In this document: piece by piece, positions 60,057 through 64,000 of the stretch
Layout: each line of letters begins with the position of its first letter
Position numbering within the stretch: position 1 is the stretch's first letter
Source of the DNA: Thermoanaerobaculia bacterium
Lineage (GTDB): Bacteria > Acidobacteriota > Thermoanaerobaculia > Multivoradales > Multivoraceae
Length of the DNA: 64,000 nucleotides
Assembly: GCA_965116145.1 (NCBI GenBank)
Contig: OZ220482.1
Location: 1,916,143 to 1,980,142 of the forward strand
Reading direction: 5' to 3'
Notes under the pieces: generated by a model
The model's database searches: none
Told to the model about the DNA's origin: nothing
What the model saw: only the letters and a program-made list of their open reading frames with translations
Translations under genes and position numbers: made by a program

Positions 60057-62744
60057 CTACGCCTTCGCCTCGTACCAGTCGGCGCCGGAGCCGATATCGA
60101 CAACGAGAGGCACACCGAGGTCGGCGACGCCCTCCATCTCTTCCCTGACGAGGGAGGCAAGCGAGTCGATGTCCGCGGCCGGGGCCTCGAGCACAAGTTC
60201 GTCGTGAACGGTCAGCAGCAGCCGCGCGTCTTCGAGCTCCAACCGCAGGCGGCGGTCGACGGCGATCATCGCGAGCTTCAGCAGATCGGCGGCCGTGCCC
60301 TGGATGCGGGCGTTGACGGCCATCCGGCGGGCGTTCTCCCGCACCGCGCGGTTGCGGCTCCCGAGGTCGGGCAGGTACCGGACGCGGCCGTACAGGGTCT
60401 GGACCTGGAGCGTCTCCTCGGCCTCGGCGACGGTCTGCTCGGTGTAGGTCCGCACGCCCGGGAAGCGGTTGAAGTAGGCCTCGATGAAGGCCTGCGCCTC
60501 GCCGCGCGCGATGCCCAGTGCGCGCGCCAGGCCGAAGGCGCTCATGCCGTAGATGATGCCGAAATTGATCGTCTTTGCGGCGCGCCGCTGATCGTCGGTG
60601 ACCAGGGCCGGCGCCACGCCGAACACGGTGGCCGCGGTCGACCGGTGGATGTCGCCGCCGTGCCGGAAGATGTCGATCAGTGCGTCGTCGTCCGAGATGT
60701 GCGCGAGCACCCGGAGCTCGATCTGGCTGTAGTCGGCGACCAGGAGCCGGTAGCCGCCGCGGGCGCGGAAGGCTCGGCGCACTGCGCGCCCGATCTCCGT
60801 GCGGATGGGGATGTTCTGGAGGTTCGGGTCGTGCGAGGACAACCGGCCGGTCGCCGCCACCGCCTGGTGGTAGCGGGTGTGGAGACGGCCGTCGGCCGCG
60901 ATCACGTGCGGCAGCGCGTCGACGTAGGTCGACCTGAGCTTGGTGAGCTCCCGATACTGGAGGACCCTGGCCGGCAGGTCATGGCCGCGCTGCGCAAGTT
61001 GCTCGAGAACCTCCGCGCCGGTTGCGTACTTCTTCGTCTTGCGGGTGCGGCCGAGCACCGGCAGTCCCAGCTTCTCGAACAGGACGGCGCCGAGCTGGGA
61101 CGGCGACTGGATGTTGAACCTCTCTCCGGCGAGATCGAAGATCTCCTCCGCCAGATCTCCGCTGTCGAGCTCGAGGCGCCGCGACATCTCGGCCAGTACG
61201 TCCCGGTCGAGCTCGATGCCCTCCTCCTCCATGGCCGCGAGCACCGGCAGCAACGGCGCCTCGATCCTCTCGTAGACCGCGCGGGCGCCCGCCGACTCCT
61301 GCCACTGCCCGGCGAGAGCGGCGAGGATGAGCGCGGGCAGCACCGCCTGCTCGGCCGCGTAGAGGCGCAGGCCGGCGTCGCCTCCGAGGGCCGGCGACGG
61401 CGCCGCCGAAGCCGCCGGGTCCAGACCTGCGTCCGCCGGCGTCGAGACGCTGTACTGCAAGCGGTCGAGCGCGACCTCCGCCAGGCCGAAGCTGCGCACC
61501 GCCGAACGCAGCAGGTAGGCCATCAGCATCGTGTCGACCAGCCGCGCCGCCACCACCGGCCGGGCGTCCCGGTGCGGACACAGACGGACCACCTCCTTCA
61601 GGTCGTGGCCGATCAGCTCGATATCGGGATCGGCGAGCCAGGCCCGCAGCGTCGCGGCCACCGCCTCGCGCAGACCGGGCGTCTCGAAGCCGGCGAAGCG
61701 GGTCCGCCCGACCTCGATGCCCCCTCCGTCGGCGCTCTCGTCCACCGCCGCGAACGAGAACCCGGCCGGTGCGCCGCCGCGACGGTGCACGACCCCGACC
61801 GCCACCCCTTGCCCGATCTGCGCCGCCGCGTCTTCGAACTCCGAAACAGCCTGCAGCAGGATTGCCGGCTCGACCTCCGGGCCGCCGCTCTCGCCTTCGA
61901 GCTCCTTGAGCAGGCTCCAGAACTCGAACTCGCGGCACAGCTCCGCCAGCGCCTCGAAGTCCGGCGATTCCATCTCGAGCGCCTCGGCATCGAACGGCAC
62001 CTCGAGATCCGTGTGGATCGTCACCAGCTCCCTGGACAGCAGGGCCTGGTCCGCGTGTTCCGTCAGTCCTTCGCGGTAGGCCTTGCGCTTGAGCCCGGGT
62101 GCGGCGTCCAGCAACGCCTGGAGGCTGCCGTACTCACGGATCAGCGACTGCGCGCCCTTCTGGCCTATTCCGGGGACGCCCGGCACGTTGTCCACCTTGT
62201 CGCCGACCAGGGCGAGCACATCGGCCACCTGTACCGGAGGCACGCCGAAGTCCTGCTCGACCAGCGCCGGATCGTAGGTCTTCTCGCGGCCGGTGTGGAG
62301 CAGCGAGACGCGGTCGGAGACGAGCTGGAACAGGTCCTTGTCGGCGCTGACGATGGTGACCTCGTATCCCGCATCCTCCGCCCTTCGCCCGAGGGTGCCG
62401 ATGACGTCGTCCGCTTCGTAGCGCTCGAGCTCGAGGATCGGGATGCGGAAGGCCTCGATCGCCCGCCGGATGGCCGGCATCTGCGCTCTCAGGTCGTCCG
62501 GCATCGGCGCCCGGTTCGCCTTGTACTCGGCGTAGGCCTCGGTGCGGATCGTCGTCCGTCCGACATCGAGGGCGATGCCGAGCAACGGCGGATTCTCCTC
62601 GCGCAGCAGCTTGCGCAGCATGTTGATGAAACCGTAGATCGCGTTCGTCGGCTCTCCCTTCGACGTCGAGAGCGCACGGATCGCGTAGAAGGCACGGAAG
62701 ATCGTCGAGTAGCCGTCGATCAGATACAGGCGTTTGGCGGTCAC
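60057..62744 (-). CDS. polA: DNA polymerase I
   Basis: 5'-3' exonuclease N-terminus (LYLIDGYSTIFRAFYA), central 3'-5' exo-like region, polymerase motifs A (LLVADYSQIELR), B (RRAAKTINFGIIYG), C (QVHDELVLE). 895 aa. Confidence 0.95.
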   Translation of the reverse strand: MTAKRLYLIDGYSTIFRAFYAIRALSTSKGEPTNAIYGFINMLRKLLREENPPLLGIALDVGRTTIRTEAYAEYKANRAPMPDDLRAQMPAIRRAIEAFRIPILELERYEADDVIGTLGRRAEDAGYEVTIVSADKDLFQLVSDRVSLLHTGREKTYDPALVEQDFGVPPVQVADVLALVGDKVDNVPGVPGIGQKGAQSLIREYGSLQALLDAAPGLKRKAYREGLTEHADQALLSRELVTIHTDLEVPFDAEALEMESPDFEALAELCREFEFWSLLKELEGESGGPEVEPAILLQAVSEFEDAAAQIGQGVAVGVVHRRGGAPAGFSFAAVDESADGGGIEVGRTRFAGFETPGLREAVAATLRAWLADPDIELIGHDLKEVVRLCPHRDARPVVAARLVDTMLMAYLLRSAVRSFGLAEVALDRLQYSVSTPADAGLDPAASAAPSPALGGDAGLRLYAAEQAVLPALILAALAGQWQESAGARAVYERIEAPLLPVLAAMEEEGIELDRDVLAEMSRRLELDSGDLAEEIFDLAGERFNIQSPSQLGAVLFEKLGLPVLGRTRKTKKYATGAEVLEQLAQRGHDLPARVLQYRELTKLRSTYVDALPHVIAADGRLHTRYHQAVAATGRLSSHDPNLQNIPIRTEIGRAVRRAFRARGGYRLLVADYSQIELRVLAHISDDDALIDIFRHGGDIHRSTAATVFGVAPALVTDDQRRAAKTINFGIIYGMSAFGLARALGIARGEAQAFIEAYFNRFPGVRTYTEQTVAEAEETLQVQTLYGRVRYLPDLGSRNRAVRENARRMAVNARIQGTAADLLKLAMIAVDRRLRLELEDARLLLTVHDELVLEAPAADIDSLASLVREEMEGVADLGVPLVVDIGSGADWYEAKA

Positions 62745-62935
62745 GGCGACGGTCGCTCCAGGCTGTTTCCTGTCAGTGCCGCGGAGGAACTGCTGGTAAG
62801 ATGCGCCGCATCATTCGACTCGGCCGTGCGACGGCAGACAGTTCGGGACGGAAGGATGACTCATGACGAAGATGAGTGGCTGTCGCGAAGACGCCGGCAG
62901 CGCGCCGTTCGCAAGTGCGGCCTTGACTGTACCCT

Positions 62936-62952
62936 CCCCCCCCCCCCCCCCC
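62936..62952 (+). repeat. homopolymeric C17 tract
   Basis: accct then 17 consecutive C, ending at the ATG at 62953. TTGACT (-35-like) sits 8 nt upstream of the tract. Candidate slipped-strand (phase-variation) site or an assembly artefact. Confidence 0.6.
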
Positions 62953-64000
62953 ATGAAGTCAGGGCGCGGGGCTGAGCCGGTGCGCGCCCTCCGGAGAGCC
63001 GGACGCGGACTGAACCCGGCGGTCACCGCCGTCCTGATCCTGGCCCTGGCCGCCGCGGCCCTGCAGCCCCGGGCCGCCCAAGCCCAGGACAGCATCACCC
63101 TGACGGCCACCGGAGGCGACAGCGTCATCCACATCCAGTGGAAGTACAGCGGCGACAGACACTCATCGGGCCATACCTGGTGGCGGGTCCAGTACTTCGT
63201 TGGAACAGGCGGCGGCCCCTGGGTCTTCCCCGCCACGGATAACAAGTACAACTACTCGTACTACACGATAGGCCGCGGATCAGCGGACCTCCCGGCGACC
63301 AACGGACAGCGGTACGCCATCAACATCCAACTCGTGGACAGGAATGTCAACGTCCTGGCGGCAGCTGTCCGGAACAATCAGGGCTGGGTCTTCGCCACGC
63401 CCAGGGCGACGACACCGACGCTGATCTCGGGTGCAGACAGCACCGTCACGGTCGCCAGCGCCGGGGCGACGCCCCTGGTGTGCTTCAACCTGCTTTCGGT
63501 CTCGCAGAGCACGCCGGATGGAACGGTCACCTATCTTGAAGCGCGCAACGGCGAGACGGCCGTGTCCGCGCACTCGGTGCTCGCCGACTCGAGTTTCGGC
63601 GTCGAGATCACCCAGGCCCCCGCCGGCATCACCAAGGGTCGCCGCGTCAATCTCAGTCCCTGCGCCAATCTCGGGGTGGGCGCGCATACTGTCACCTGGA
63701 GCTGGACGGGCCGCGACGGCACCGCCGCGGCGGGCACGACCTCCACCACGGTCACCGTCGCGGTCAAGGACTACGGTCCGAAGAAGGTCACGCTGTCGGC
63801 GTCCCCGTCGACGACGATCACCGAGGGCGACTCCGGGTCGTCGGCCGTCACCATCACCGCCACCCTCAGCGAACCGGCGCCCGCGAACTTCTTCGTCGCC
63901 CTGACGGCCGACGCGAATGAAGGCTCAGCCACCTGGTCCGGCAAGGCGGCCAACGAGTGCGACCCGCCTCTGGACCCGGCGGACACCGACTGGTGCTGGC
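62953..64000 (+). CDS. secreted repeat protein (partial, continues beyond window): signal peptide plus Thr/Ser-rich Ig/FN3-like beta domains
   Basis: Open frame to window end, absent from track because it has no stop. MKSGRGAEPVRALRRAGRGLNPAVTAVLILALAAAALQPRAAQA|QD signal; GTG 62980 is an alternative start. Repeated T/S/V-rich beta-strand segments (TVTVASAGATPLVCF, TVTVAVKDYGPKKVTLSASPSTTITEGDSGSSAVTITATLSEP). Confidence 0.5.
   Translation, partial: MKSGRGAEPVRALRRAGRGLNPAVTAVLILALAAAALQPRAAQAQDSITLTATGGDSVIHIQWKYSGDRHSSGHTWWRVQYFVGTGGGPWVFPATDNKYNYSYYTIGRGSADLPATNGQRYAINIQLVDRNVNVLAAAVRNNQGWVFATPRATTPTLISGADSTVTVASAGATPLVCFNLLSVSQSTPDGTVTYLEARNGETAVSAHSVLADSSFGVEITQAPAGITKGRRVNLSPCANLGVGAHTVTWSWTGRDGTAAAGTTSTTVTVAVKDYGPKKVTLSASPSTTITEGDSGSSAVTITATLSEPAPANFFVALTADANEGSATWSGKAANECDPPLDPADTDWCW

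Noticed and set aside
62801-62975. Poly-proline-containing small ORFs (MTHDEDEW...CTLPPPPPHEVRARG) reading through the C17 tract
   Set aside because: They are tails of a 2.9-kb shadow ORF antisense to polA. The proline run is just translation of the homopolymer.

Overview
High-GC (about 70%) bacterial chromosomal segment, mostly conserved housekeeping genes in syntenic blocks. On the minus strand: serA-namZ-like-moaC; hup; rsmB-fmt; ftsK; ksgA; a Wzy_C/TPR membrane protein; rho-engB-lon-clpX-clpP-tig preceded by tRNA-Lys and tRNA-Leu; a thiS-like gene; rsfS-nadD-obg-rpmA-rplU; a sensor kinase. On the plus strand: a dppABC-like importer (no ATPase) coupled to queA. Then larB-larE-membrane gene, gcvH, gcvT; two M16 peptidases; a metallophosphoesterase; an ElaB-like gene; tRNA-Ala; pcm; an RsbW/RsbV/RsbU(GAF-PP2C) partner-switching module; a GAF sigma-54 activator; uvrA-smpB; lpxC; DUF4390-ntrY-ntrX-selB; polA; and a partial secreted repeat protein. 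Many shadow ORFs in the track are GC-driven artefacts, and the track writes GTG/TTG starts as M. Main unexplained structures: (1) a family of about 165-bp MITE-like inverted-repeat elements, 9 copies in 64 kb, that abut or invade gene ends and supply start codons, stop codons and new C-termini; (2) a roughly 2.2-kb lower-GC islet encoding a secreted M23 peptidase and a secreted beta-propeller-like partner behind a consensus promoter; (3) an orphan strong terminator with a structured 160-nt candidate sRNA between smpB and lpxC; (4) a 17-C homopolymer just upstream of a secreted adhesin-like gene; (5) CTG codons aligning with the canonical N-termini of lpxC and a phosphoesterase; (6) pervasive GTGA/ATGA stop-start coupling, including selB fused into the ntrYX operon. 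Feature coordinates anchored to track ORFs are frame-checked; repeat, promoter and tRNA coordinates came from manual reading and may be off by 1-2 nt.
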